Assembly (NCBI GenBank): GCA_951406725.2
Contig: OX597823.1
Span: 50,158,001 to 50,222,000 of the forward strand
Source of the DNA: Octopus vulgaris
Lineage: Eukaryota
Direction of reading: 5' to 3'
DNA length: 64,000 bases
The notes below the pieces were generated by a model. That model was not told the origin of the DNA, did not search any database, and saw only the letters and a list, made by a program, of their open reading frames with translations. Shown here piece after piece: positions 51,420 to 64,000 of this stretch. A program made the translations under genes and the position numbers. The first letter of the stretch is position 1. Each line of letters begins with the position of its first letter.

Positions 51420-54044
51420 TGTCAATCTTACAATTTCTATCTTATAGTAAAAAAAAAAAGAAAGAAAATAACATACGTGTCGGACAAAATAAACCAAATA
51501 AACAATATTATATACAGTCATAGAAAAATAACTTGACATGAAAGAGATGATAGAAAGAGCGAAAATAATAAAATCTTCAAGTAAGAAGAAAAAAAAAAAG
51601 ATTATTGAACTCAATTTAGTAAAAATAGTCATTTAAAACTAGCAAGCTCCAAAAGCAATAAGGATCAAAAACACGCACAGACGAATTCTAGAAGAAAAAA
51701 GGAAATACATGAATACACTTACCTTTATTTGGTGCACATTATCCTTAGGTGAGCTAAAAGAGGACGTTTTGATGATTGAATAAGAGTTAATAGGATAGAA
51801 ACCACAGTACTGAGTTTGCGACAGATGGCAGGAAGGATCCATTCTTGTGACAGATGTGTTGCTGATTTTTAAGCAGTGCACGACTGTTTATAAATATAAA
51901 TAAATCTGGCGTATTCTATCTCCTTACATTTTGCCCTCGCGTTCTCCACAGCTTCATATGCACGAGAGAATAAATTTTACTTAGACTATATAAAGTGAGA
52001 CGTTATTCATATGCGATCTTTAAGCATCTTCACCTATATTGTTGTTGTCCATCCGTCTATCTCTCCATCAATTTGTCTAGTATTACATGAGTATTTGTGC
52101 GGATGCGCAAACGCGTACCAGTTCACATATGCACGTTTGTTTACATGCTGTTAAAATCGAACAAATTAAAAATTTAAATAAAAGGTCCTAGAAGTATATA
52201 GAGCTGCAGGTTGCTGTTTAATTAATATTCCATTCCTTTAGACTAATCTTCGGGACAACGGTGTTGCGATGGTAGCTGTGGACGCTTCTGCCATAAAGTT
52301 AGGTGCAGGAGGATGGAGGAGGGGGTCGTTATTATAAGCAAGAGAGCAACAGTGGTGGTGATAATAAACGAGGTAGTGTCGATGAAAGAAGCAGCGTTAG
52401 TGGCCTGTAAGGTAAGGGGGAATAAAGGAGTGATGAAATGTTGTTGTAAGATGGAGAATGAAAGAAAGATTAATGAAGAAATGAATGGGTTGGCTGACGA
52501 ATAGACGTGAGTACAAGTGGAAGTAGCGAAGAGAGGGAAAGGTTGAGATAGAGGAAAAACGGTGAAGGGAGTATAAGAGAGTATGTAGCAGGATGAGGGA
52601 AACGTGTCTGAATGTATACAGGAAGGTTTGTTCCACTCTTTCAAGTTACCAGAATAAAAACAAGCTGTTCTAGTAAAATAAATATAGCTTCACTATGACA
52701 AAACACACATATGGATTGGCGTGTGCGCTAACACACACACATGTAAACAAACACAGATTAGTTTCATATAATGGAATGATGTAGATGAGGGAGCCTTTCA
52801 TAGAAACTGAATCCGTATGGTTCGTGATAAATCAAATCATAACAAATTGAATATGGATAATTTTATATATATATGTGTACGATTACAATTATCAAATCAA
52901 CAGAAAAATAAAAATTCCTAGATTTGACAGCAATGGTTCACAGGAGGTGCCTGATGAAGACCTATGAACTATCTAAAAGTAAATATGTATGGAAGTAAGA
53001 AAACGTTTTAAGCTGGTGTCTATAAAGTAGTTTTCCCTCGCTTTTAATATAATCTGTATTGTTACAAATACAGTAAGTATCTCCCGTTCCTTACACATGA
53101 ACACATATATTCATACACCTGTTCCTACGTATACGTGCAAATAAATATTACACTGAGTGGAGAGGATTTTGCTCCAACTAAATGCAAACTTGGATTTCAA
53201 AAAAATAGAGCTAATATGATTAAATCAAGATACATTTAGCTAATGATGTCTGTATATATATATATTGTGACTGCAAAAAGACAATATAGTAGCAATTAAT
53301 TTGAAATTATAATTTTTTTCCAAATTTCAATTAGCTTAGATTACTTTAGCACTGAACTGCAAAAACGGCGAATAAAACGGACCAAAATTGCCTTACAACA
53401 GTTAGTTATGTCCCTTTACATTTTGAGATCAAATCCTGCCAGGGTTGAATTCGATGATATCCCTCCGGGTTCGGCAATACACTGCAAAGTACTGTTAGCG
53501 TTTTAACTGAAAATATATACATCCTTCCAAAAATGTGTAGTCTGTGCTAAGTTCATAAATTCGATTTCTTTTTTTTTTTAACGAAAAAATCGGTTATTTT
53601 TAATTGAATTTCAAAATGTAATAAAGTTTCAAGTAATTGAGTAGATACAGCATTGTGCAAAATTAACTTTAGAAATACATTAGATAACGAAATAATTAAT
53701 TCTTTGCGTGGATATGTTTAAGAACATCTGCAGGTAGTTAAAAACTCATGTGAATAGGACGAAAGTTATCAGCAAAATTTTAAATTTTATAAGCCGCAAA
53801 CCTAATAATAGAGAATTTATATATTTTTCCTTTGATTCCAAAATTTCCCTTTAACAACCATCTTCGGACAGACAAGACAATGAATGGGCCTCTCTGTAAA
53901 ATCTGTGGCAGCGGTCATGCAACAGGTGACGTTTCAATCGCACATTGTTTTTCCACTCGTTTTATCATCCAATGACAAAACAAAGTTTTGGCAGCCATTT
54001 TGACTATATAAAGCGTAACTCAAAAATTTTTTTTCCTTATTAAG

Positions 54045-54235
54045 AGTGGTGAGGTGGCAGAAATGTTAGTATTGTAAAAACAAAAATGCCTCTCGGTATT
54101 TCTTCTGGCCTTTACGTTCTGAGTTCCCGGTCCTATCAAGATCGATAAAATCAAGTACCAGTCAAGTACTAGAGGTTGATGAAATCGACTAACCCACACC
54201 TTCTAAAATAACTGACACTAAACCAAACATTTGAA

Positions 54236-54282
<47 letters not shown>

Positions 54283-54289
54283 TATTATC

Positions 54290-54340
<51 letters not shown>

Positions 54341-54552
54341 ATATAAGGCGGCAAGCTGGCAGAATTGTTAGCACGCCGGGCGGAATGCTTAACGGCATTT
54401 CGCCCGTCTTCACGTTCTGAGTTCAAATTCTGCAGGGGTCGACTTTGCCATTCATTGGGTCGATAAATTAAGTAACAGTGAAACACTGGGGTCGATGTAA
54501 TCGACTAGTCCTCTCCCCCAAAATTTCAAAGCTTTGTGCCTTCAGTAGAAAG

Positions 54553-54590
<38 letters not shown>

Positions 54591-54597
54591 TTACTAC
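54045..54597 (+). mobile_element. Two tandem SINE B copies with (CAC)/(CAT)/(TAT) and (TAC)n tails
   Basis: Heads at ~54045 and ~54345. Confidence 0.9.
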
Positions 54598-55904
54598 TTT
54601 GCCACGCCTCAACAGGACGGTTGCAAGTTTTCACTTTGCAACTATTTCAGCTATAATCTAGAAGAGCTATATTACAGAAGAGAACTAGTGTCTGGTTCAC
54701 TCACATTTTGTCGCAAATTACAAAACACGTTGAAACTGAACGACAAATCATTTCGCCGTATTTTATTTTCCGCCAGTTTCTCATACCAGATATCTTATTT
54801 TCTCTTCTCGTCTTTTTGAAACCTCGGTGATATTTGACTCTCAGAAGAATTTTAATTCACGACTAATATCTGCACCTTACTTCCAGCAATACATTTTACT
54901 CAAATTTTGGTTTATTAATTTTGTAAATGGAACGTTTTTTTAATATATATCTGCCAGAAAATTATACATTTTCTGCTTATCCTACCGTCTCAAGGACACA
55001 TTACACAATGAAATCGCTGATATAAAAAAGTGTTGAGGTGGGGGGGGGGCATATCTGGGATGTCTATGATATATCTGCTCAAATACGACCAATTTGGTGT
55101 TAAACTACGGAAACAACGATTCTTTAATAGACAATAATATTTTCGCAATTTTCTAATAACGAATGAAACAACTGTTAGAATATCGAGAAAGCTCGGATGA
55201 CATTGGAACTCAAAAGAAGTAAAGAAAGAACGGTTTGAAAGAATCAACAGACAAATTTCTGCTGAGAAACGCTCGGTTCCCTTAACAAAAAGTTGTTTCT
55301 AATTCTTTATTATAACAGCGACCTCCAAAACTATACAAACAAATTCTCCACAGTAAAGAAAACAGCAGTATGAAAAATAACAGATGTGAGCGAGATTTAA
55401 GTTTATATTTGATACCGCAGCGGCAGCAGCATGTGCTGATTAAGCAGAAGGAAAAATAAATAAATGCACGTGAAATAAAAAAAATTTATCTAGACACGCG
55501 AAGTAATTGTCAAATAGTCTATATTTACTTCACCTATTTTGCACCAGTCAAGAAACTAGTTATTGTGTCAAGGGTCATTATATATATATAATTTACGTCG
55601 TTTATTCTATCTGGCTTCCGAAATACTTTTTATATAAAAGTACTATTTCTGAGATTTGGGGGGAAAATAAATAAAACATCAGCTACGTTCGGTAAACATC
55701 GATGTTTTCCGCGATCGATGACAGATATGGTCGATTTTCATCGGATAATGAAGTGAGAAAGACCCTAAAAGACTTAGAAAATAGGACATTAGACTTCAGC
55801 TTCTTCTCAAAGAGTAGTGGGCGGAAGTGAATAGTCCTTCAAGATTTCGAATGTTATGTAAACAACATCTTCGTCAAAGATGTTATATGTAACACACACA
55901 CACA

Positions 55905-55938
55905 TATATATATGTATATATACATATATATATACATA

Positions 55939-55991
<53 letters not shown>

Positions 55992-56109
55992 GTATATACA
56001 TATATTTATATAGATATACATATTTATTTATATATATATATACATATATGTATATATATATACATATATATACATATACATATATATATATACATATATA
56101 CATATATAT

Positions 56110-56156
<47 letters not shown>

Positions 56157-56343
56157 TATATGTAGATATATATATTTATATATATATGTATATATATGTG
56201 TGTGTATATATATGTGTGTGTGTGTATATATATGTGTGTGTATATATATATGCATATATATCTATATATCTATATATATGTGTATATATGTGTGTATATA
56301 TACATATGTGTATATATATATACATATGTGTATATATATATAT
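55905..56343. repeat. Long degenerate (TA)n array
   Basis: Visible directly. Similar arrays at 57268-57597, 57890-58037, 59142-59170, 59295-59343 and 61388-61432. Confidence 0.95.
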
Positions 56344-57265
56344 TGACCTTGCACAGAGGTCATCAGGATTCCCGTTTGCGCCGTGAACAGGGATTAATCT
56401 TCTCTCTTCGCTGTTTTGCGCCACATGGGCTCAACTGTCCTCCCCTCTTCATCTAAGCTCCTCCCCTTGCCTCTCTCCCCCTCTCTCCTACTTCCTCCCA
56501 CCCACCTCTCCTTCTTGCCCCGACTCCTACTTCTCTTCACTCCTACTTCTCTTCACCCCTACTCTCTTTCTCTCTTACTCTTTTCTCTCATACCCACCTT
56601 CCCCTTCCCCTTCGTCGTCAACCCTCCCCATAAGCTCACCCAAACCCTACATATTCCTATCCCACCTTTCCTATCCTTCCCATCCCATCCCTTACACCCT
56701 CTCCCACATACTCCACCTCTACCCCCACCCTCTACCTACCCACACACCCCATCTCTACCCCACCCTCTGCCTACCCACACACCTCAACTCTACCCCAACC
56801 CTCAGCCTAACGCAAACCCCACCTGTGCTTTCCCCACCTCCCTACACCATCACACCACACTACACCATACCACACAACACACCAGCAATGACCAATTCCC
56901 ATCCCCACATTTTCACACCTACACATACACACACGCACACGTCAAGATCACCAGCCCTCTTTCACACGTACATACATACACTCTTACACACACACGCACC
57001 TTCGTTTTGGGATCACTACTACTTTGTTATCTTTCCTATTTCTTAGCCCTCCCGTGTGACCCTTCTGTCCATGATAGATCGGAAACCACTACACACATTT
57101 TTCTATCTCCTTATTTCTCCCCTTGTTTCTTTCTGTGTTCCTTTCCGTGGAAGAGCGTAGGCTCGAAACGTTAAAGACTTTTTCAATTCCCGAGCGTTAT
57201 ATTAATACATCTGTATGTTTTCTACACCATCTGTCTTCGTCTTTTGTTTTTTTCGTGAATTCTCC

Positions 57266-57267
<2 letters not shown>
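56344..57267 (+). mobile_element. Penelope-like element 3' end (GIY-YIG C-terminus, C-rich UTR, pLTR with hammerhead motif at 57141-57176)
   Basis: [21 protein letters not shown] (stop at 56456) matches the RExxxIxxLxTxxPxGLN end of PLE endonucleases. Confidence 0.8.
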
Positions 57268-57335
<68 letters not shown>

Positions 57336-57502
57336 TTATATAGATATATACATATATATAGATATATATACTTGCGTATATACATATATATATATACATG
57401 CGTATATAAATATAGATATATATACATATATACATATATATATATATAAACATATATACATATATATATATACACATATGTACATATATATACGTATACA
57501 CT

Positions 57503-57555
<53 letters not shown>

Positions 57556-57628
57556 ATGCATATAAATATATACATACATATGTATATACATATATAGGAT
57601 GTAAATAGAAAAATAAGTTCATATAATC

Positions 57629-57736
57629 TAGACCTGAAGATTGGCAATATAATCGTTTTAATATGGTATTAATATTTCAAGACCTTCTATTTCAACAATA
57701 TCGAGAAATTTGTTGTCATGAAACGCGCGCAGTCTA
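57629..57736 (+). ncRNA. Type I hammerhead relic (cleavage-site U mutated to C)
   Basis: TAGAC-CTGAAGA-TTGGCAATA..TGTTGTCAT-GAAAC-GCGC-GCA-GTCTA. Confidence 0.6.
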
Positions 57737-57907
57737 TATAATGTAAAGTGTATGATTTAGAATAAGAATTGATAATTTTTATAATTTTGATATTTAGTCC
57801 TATCGTGGATAATGACGTTCAATGATGATTGAGTTGCTTGAAGGTGATTGTGTCTCTTACATCTATCTATACACACACACACACAGACATATATATATAT
57901 ATATACA

Positions 57908-57945
<38 letters not shown>

Positions 57946-57987
57946 TATGTATACATATGTTTATATAGGTATATATACATATGCTCA

Positions 57988-58034
<47 letters not shown>

Positions 58035-58040
<6 letters not shown>

Positions 58041-59130
58041 AATAAAATCAAAAACAGAACACAAAGGATATCGCGGTACACGTGTTTCAAGCTTTATAAA
58101 CGACCTGTTATAAACTTATAAAAGCTAGGATCTTGTAGTGGCGGATTGGTGTAAACTGACCACTCATTACAACAATATCAAATATCATCCTCGAAATTAA
58201 GAAGTGATTTATGACCTTTACCACCACATCAAAACCAAAATCTTATTCTCAACTCTTTTAGCATCTTGTCTCTTTATCTCAATTCTTTCGTTTTATTATT
58301 ATTTTATATTTTTTATATTTCTTTATATTTTTTATTTTTTATATTTTTTAATATTTTTTGTTACTCTTATTTGACTAACTTTTTATATTTATATGTGGTT
58401 CTAACATTATTATCCTTATTTCAATTTTTACTATTTTTTACTATTTTTTACTATTTCTTACTACTATTTTATTACCCTTATCTTTTACTTCCATTGTCCT
58501 CATTCCTTATTTCTCATTTTAACGCTTTTCTCTCTCTATTTTCTCCTCTTCCTTTTTTCTCTCTTTTTTCTCTTATTTTTTCTCTCTATTTTTTCTATCT
58601 ATTTTTCTCTCCATCTTCTCTCTATTTTATTTTCTTCCCTTTTCCTCTTCCTTCTTCCTTATTTTTCTTCCATTCTTTCTATTTTCCTTCCTATATTTAC
58701 AAGAAGAATGAACCCATTCAAATCTATTTAACAATCACTCTATGTTAACTGGTGCTACAGTATGGACAGATTTTCGAGATCCAATGAACCTTTATACAGT
58801 TACGTTATTTTACAAATACACTTCCTCAAGGAGATATGATATACCTATTATAATGGGTAATACTACATGTACTTTTCATATTTTTCATATTTTTTACAGT
58901 GTCATGTAACTCTTTGGAATAACAATGTATGTGGCTGAAGAGAGCTTTAAACCATCTTTTATATCTATTATACACTGATGTAAGAACAGGTCGTTTATAC
59001 AGCTTGAAACACGTGTACCGCGATATCCTTTGTGTTCTGTTTTTGATTTTATTTGATATATTCTCTCTCACCTCTGCCACTATCTGGGGTATACAGGTGT
59101 TTACACTTATCAAGTATTCACCCTAAATTT
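58035..59130 (+). mobile_element. Penelope-like fragment with an inverted partial pLTR
   Basis: 58035-58108 is the reverse complement of ~58985-59058 (one mismatch seen). T-rich UTR in between, and a hammerhead in the direct copy. Confidence 0.7.
58930..59022 (+). ncRNA. Type I hammerhead ribozyme with an intact catalytic core
   Basis: Stem I TGTGG/CCGCG, CTGAAGA (58935-58941), stem II GAGCT/AGCTT, GAAA (59006-59009), stem III AC-ACGT-GT, GUA triplet with the predicted cut after 59017. Confidence 0.75.
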
Positions 59131-59138
59131 GCAGTACC

Positions 59139-59173
<35 letters not shown>

Positions 59174-59291
59174 TCTCTTTGTGTTCGACGTCCTTTTGGT
59201 GTCCTGTACTCATATATTCGTGTATATGTACATGTAGAGGTAGGTACGTACATATATGTTTATATATATGCATGTTTTATTTTATTTATTA

Positions 59292-59344
<53 letters not shown>

Positions 59345-59345
<1 letters not shown>

Positions 59346-59550
59346 CGGGAAGCTTTATGAAAATAAACAAAAGACGAAGGCAGGTGGAAAACAAACGAAC
59401 AATTGTATTAGTATGGCGCTCAGGAAATATAAATAAAACAAGTCTTTAACGTTTCGAGCCTACGCTCTTCAACAGAAAGATACACAGAGAGAGAAAAACA
59501 CAGAAAGAAGGAGAGCAAAAAAATGCGTGCAGTAGCTAACGAATCAACAA
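59345..59550 (-). mobile_element. Penelope-like pLTR fragment (same family as 57100-57267) with hammerhead motif at 59443-59480
   Basis: Minus strand TCTTT-CTGTTGA-A-GAGC-GTAG-GCTC-GAAAC-GTT-AAAGA. Confidence 0.75.
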
Positions 59551-59592
59551 GAGGAATGAAAAAGATATTTTGTTTTACTATTATACTGTTAC

Positions 59593-59638
<46 letters not shown>

Positions 59639-59654
59639 ATATTACATATACACA

Positions 59655-59818
59655 TATTTTGTCCGTCTTTATGTTCAGAGTTCAAATTTTCCCGAGATCG
59701 ACTTCACTTTTATCTTCTCGGTGTCGATAGAATAAGTACAAATTGCTCCTTGGAGTCGTTGTTATCGACTTGCCCACTCCCCCCAAAATTTCATACATTG
59801 TGCCTATAACAAAGGATT
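59655..59818 (+). mobile_element. SINE B, 5'-truncated
   Basis: cagagttcaaattttcccgagatcgacttcacttttatcttctcggtgtcgatag. Confidence 0.8.
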
Positions 59819-60059
59819 ACAAAAAAAAAAAAAATCTTTATTTCTGAAATCCAGTTTCGATTTATTGTTAGTAATTCCTTCACTGAAATATACTCTCAGA
59901 AATACCTTTAGCAAATGTATTTACCTAATCTTTTTATACACATTTTCTTGCCATAGAAATTTTACTTGGCATGTCTAAATTTAAAAAAACAAAACAAAAA
60001 CAAAAACTATAACTATTTTTAGTTCGTTTGTCTTATCTGTTATCTTTCATCACTAACTG

Positions 60060-60418
60060 TTTCCGTCCTTGGGCTGCGGCCATGATGCAGCACCATCATT
60101 GAATGAATCGACTCCTGTACTTTTTATTTTTTCTAAGCTGGGTACTGGTTCTCTCCAGTCAATTTGCCGAACCACTAAGTTACGGATATGTAAACAAACC
60201 AGCATCGGTTGTCAAATGTGTGTGTGGTGGCGGGGGACAAACACAAACCTAATGACACAAACACGCACACGACAGGTATATTTAATTAATTTTCTGTCTA
60301 CCAAATCCACTAACAGAGCTCTGAAAAACACTTGCCCCAAATGCCACACGGAGGGACTGAACCCGAAACCATGAAATTGAGAAAATCAATTTCTTACCAC
60401 ACAGCCATACCTGCGCGT
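60060..60418 (-). mobile_element. SINE A, decayed
   Basis: ctgcggccatgatgcagcacc...ccacacagccatacctgcgc. Confidence 0.85.
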
Positions 60419-60808
60419 AGAAAACAAAAACATCTTTTAAAAAAACAAAAAAAACTCCAGCTTTTATTGAATTGAATTTGTTTTATTATTTTGTAATAGA
60501 ATCCAATGAAATTTTATTGCTTTAATATCGAAATAGAAAAAAAAAAATTACATTTGAATGAACCGTATTTTTGTTTTTAGTTGAGTCACAACGGGTGACT
60601 TTTAATTCTATTGTCATAGACGCTTGCCAAAAAAATAATAAATAAATAAATAAATAACAACAATGAATTTTTTTCAAAAATATCTGAATATCTTTCTTTG
60701 TGTACTGTCTGTCAGTCAGATACTACGGTTTGTCTTAAAGTCATTTCTTCCCTCTTTCTCCTTAGTGCTAGTGATGGTTTTTGATTGTTGTGGAGATAAC
60801 CTCTTTCT

Positions 60809-60853
<45 letters not shown>

Positions 60854-61124
60854 TCTCTCTCTGTCTCTTTGAATAATAAATACACTCAGGCTGCCTCAAA
60901 TATACACTTGTTCTCTCCTTCCTTCCTTCTCGCTAACGTCATCGTCATCATCATTCTCTTCCTCCCGCCTAAGCACACACACACACACATCTATATTTAT
61001 CTTTGTAATTCTTTTTTCTCTCATTAAAAACACGCACTCATGATATTCAAAGCTCTTGTGCACAACATCTACGCACTTTCCTCTCCATTTCTTTTTTATT
61101 TTCCTCTCCTCCTTTCCTATCTCT

Positions 61125-61182
<58 letters not shown>

Positions 61183-61226
61183 TTCACAGGCTCACACACG
61201 CACACTATATATATATATATATATAT

Positions 61227-61385
61227 ATAACCGAAGAGATGGCGTTGTGGATTCCCACTTCGGCATCTGAAACTCAGAGTTTTATCTTGACTATCGAGTA
61301 ATGTAACATATTATTTTATAGATAAATTTCCTCTATTTACATAATATTGAGGTCTCTTTCTTTCTTTTGTTATCTTACCGTTTTA

Positions 61386-61388
<3 letters not shown>
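61227..61388 (+). mobile_element. Short element between (TA)n tracts with a hammerhead-like motif (61227-61285)
   Basis: ATAA-CCGAAGA-GATG..CATC-T-GAAAC-TCAGA-GTT-TTAT. Confidence 0.5.
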
Positions 61389-61438
<50 letters not shown>

Positions 61439-61925
61439 AATATAAGATTTATTTTGTAAAAATATTATAATATATTATAAAATATTATAATAATCCAGTT
61501 TTCTCGGAGCACTAGGCCACTTGGTGTAGAATAGATATACTATTAAATTAGTATCTAATTCTCTCACCCTTATTAATTAATTATATATATATATATATAT
61601 ATAATTTATACATAAACATACGTACACACATACACAGAGGGTGTGATATCTTTGTAGCGCCATTGTTCACAAATCTGAAACGACAAGAAATTTTAAAGTA
61701 AACAACAAAATACAAATAGATAAATAAACAACAAATTACTTTGATGACTCTCAAGGCTAAAACAATGGTCAAATATCTACATTTATGTTTGTGTGTGTGT
61801 GTGTGTGTGTGCGTGGAGTACATACATACATAGATACACTCGTGCGTGCGGACATACAGAACTTTGTATCTTAGAAATTGACTCCTCTCCCAGAAGAATT
61901 TAAATAATTAAAACCCGGGGAAAAC

Positions 61926-62161
61926 ATACGTACATACATACACCCGTGCGCACATACATACATATTTACATACATGCACACACACACATACATTCAAACA
62001 CACTTCAATCCATCCTCCATCCATTCATACATACATATATACATACATACATTCATCCATCCATACATACATACATACATACATACATACATACATACAT
62101 ACATACACACACACACATACATACATACATACATACACACATACATACATCATACATACAT

Positions 62162-62192
<31 letters not shown>

Positions 62193-62232
62193 TACATACA
62201 TACATACATACATACATACATACATACATACA

Positions 62233-62263
<31 letters not shown>
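61926..62263. repeat. (CATA)n array
   Basis: Visible directly. Confidence 0.95.
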
Positions 62264-62609
62264 GTACAGTAGAGAGAAAGAATCAACATAACAACATTTT
62301 TTTTCTTTTTTCTTTTTTCTTGTTTTTTTTTTTCTTTTTTGTTAAAACTAACGATGCCTCGCTCAGGGCATTGACACGTGACACATACAACCAGAGATGA
62401 AACAGGGCTTTTTGGGGGGAACTAAGAGTACGTAAAGGTCTATATGTCGGAGGTTAGGAAGAAGAGGGTAGACGTACTAAGCTCCCCCTCCCTTCCGTTA
62501 TCTGAAAAAGTAGGGGAACATTGTCTTCCTGCGTAGCAACCTCATTTCGTTCACTGTTTACATTATTATTTGCTATAAATAAACTCCAAGAAACTGGGAT
62601 TGTATGCTT

Positions 62610-62836
62610 CTCTTTTTCGACTTGTTTCAGTCATTGGACTGCGGCCATGCTGGGGCACCGTCATGACTGAAGGGGTTTTAGTCGAACGAATCGATTTCAG
62701 TGCTTGTTTGTTTGTTTGTTTGTTTGTTTTTGTTACCTGGTACTTATTCCATAGGTCTCTTACCGGACCGCTATGTTGTGGTGACGTAAACAAACCGATA
62801 CCGGATGCGAAGCTGTGGTGGAGGACAAACAACACA

Positions 62837-62885
<49 letters not shown>

Positions 62886-63026
62886 AAACATATGTGTGCG
62901 TGCGGTGTGTTTGTGTATGTGCGCGTGCGGTGTATGTGTGTTTGTGTGTGTAGGTGCGCGTGCGGTGTGTGTGTGTGTGTGTGTAGGTGCGCGTGCGGTG
63001 TGTGTGCGTGTGTGTGTGTGTGTGTG
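62610..63026 (-). mobile_element. SINE A 3' half with expanded (CA)n then (TG)-rich repeats
   Basis: cttgtttcagtcattggactgcggccatgctggggcacc... Confidence 0.85.
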
Positions 63027-64000
63027 ATATGAGAGCAGTGGAATCGAACTTCCTCATACATCAAATGGGCTAACTGCTGGGACAAAGGCACATGCAGGAG
63101 TGATGATGTGAAAAAATTCCAGCCTGAGGAAAGCAGCAAAACCACGATTGTGCTCCAGCATAACCGCAGTTACATGGTTGAAACAAACAAAAGAATAAAA
63201 GAATACATGTACACATAATACTGTAGTAGAATCGATCGATTATGGTATAAGCAGTTGGCAAGAATCTAGCATAAACAAGACATATTTAGAAAGCTGATTA
63301 GCCAATTCATCAGATATACTTCGTACAATATCGGAATTAGGTAGAAAATTATGTACTATAAGATGACAAATGTTATATACACTTCCAGTTCGAAAGCAGC
63401 AAATGCTGCTTGTTATGCAATAACTAAGTCTGTAAATGAAGAGAATGGAAGAAGTAGTTAAGTACTACACCTGTTTCATTAGGGGCACTGGGTGTATATT
63501 ATGCAACATTATGTTACATGGCTATCAAGTGTCCTTTCTGATCGGAGACATTTGGCTATCTTATTGGAAATTATTTGCCATAAGGAATTAAGCAAAGCAA
63601 AAAATGGGATCAGTAAAGAGCCAATCACGTGCCCTACTTACAGATTACCACAGAGAGATAGATTGGAGTGTAGTTTCAAGGAGATCATTTGGTTATCTAT
63701 ACAATCAAATTTATGGTGCGGCCATAGAAGGTTCTAATTTGATTAATGTTTTCAGTATCTGGTTTTACTGTTCCTCATGCATCATGGGATGTTTATTACT
63801 AAGGAAATATAATGTATGCAATAAAACTAAGAGGAGGCGGGAAGAAGGAGTAAAAGTACTAAATAAAGTCACGCTTGGAAATGACGTGCATATACACACA
63901 CATGTATACACACGTCCACACATACATAAATATATGCAAATGCATATACATACATACATACACACTCATACACATACATACACACATACATAACGCATGT

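Noticed and set aside
52951-53010. CTGATGA hammerhead seed (also at ~7022, ~35683 and ~49903, and a degenerate one near 6850)
   Set aside because: No correctly placed stem II plus GAAA plus stem I could be built.
56416-57174. 252-aa Pro/Leu/His-rich ORF, the longest in the track
   Set aside because: C-rich low-complexity 3' UTR of a Penelope-like element. Stops are absent because of base composition, and the start is not ATG.
55880-58090. Long ORFs rich in YI, HT or CV (also near 2.1, 50 and 62 kb)
   Set aside because: Translations of (TA)n, (CA)n and (CATA)n microsatellites.
58266-58748. 160-aa hydrophobic ORF
   Set aside because: T-rich low-complexity tract inside the Penelope-like fragment.

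Overview
AT-rich, repeat-dominated eukaryotic DNA. The SINE, LINE and MITE families look like those of Octopus (coleoid cephalopod); this is recognition from memory, not a database search. I can see no intact protein-coding gene, rRNA, true tRNA gene or CRISPR array, and nearly all ORFs in the track come from microsatellites or transposon relics. The window holds many copies of three tRNA-headed SINE families (my labels A, B, C) and a fourth interspersed family (D). It also has decayed LINE pieces (RTE, CR1-like, L1/Tx1), Penelope-like fragments, mariner, hAT, Merlin and Helitron relics, and several foldback elements. Three main leads: (1) a cluster of hammerhead-ribozyme motifs from several Penelope-like families inside (TA)n arrays at 57-61 kb, one with an intact core at 58930-59022; (2) a by-eye switch from CpG-poor to CpG-rich sequence near 19 kb, next to candidate minus-strand first exons, suggesting a methylated gene body that runs off the left edge; (3) unusual self-complementary transposon derivatives, namely a mariner with two 5' ends, a nested Merlin, and a foldback with a telomere-like core. 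These look like variants of known classes; I cannot claim a wholly new system from the sequence alone.
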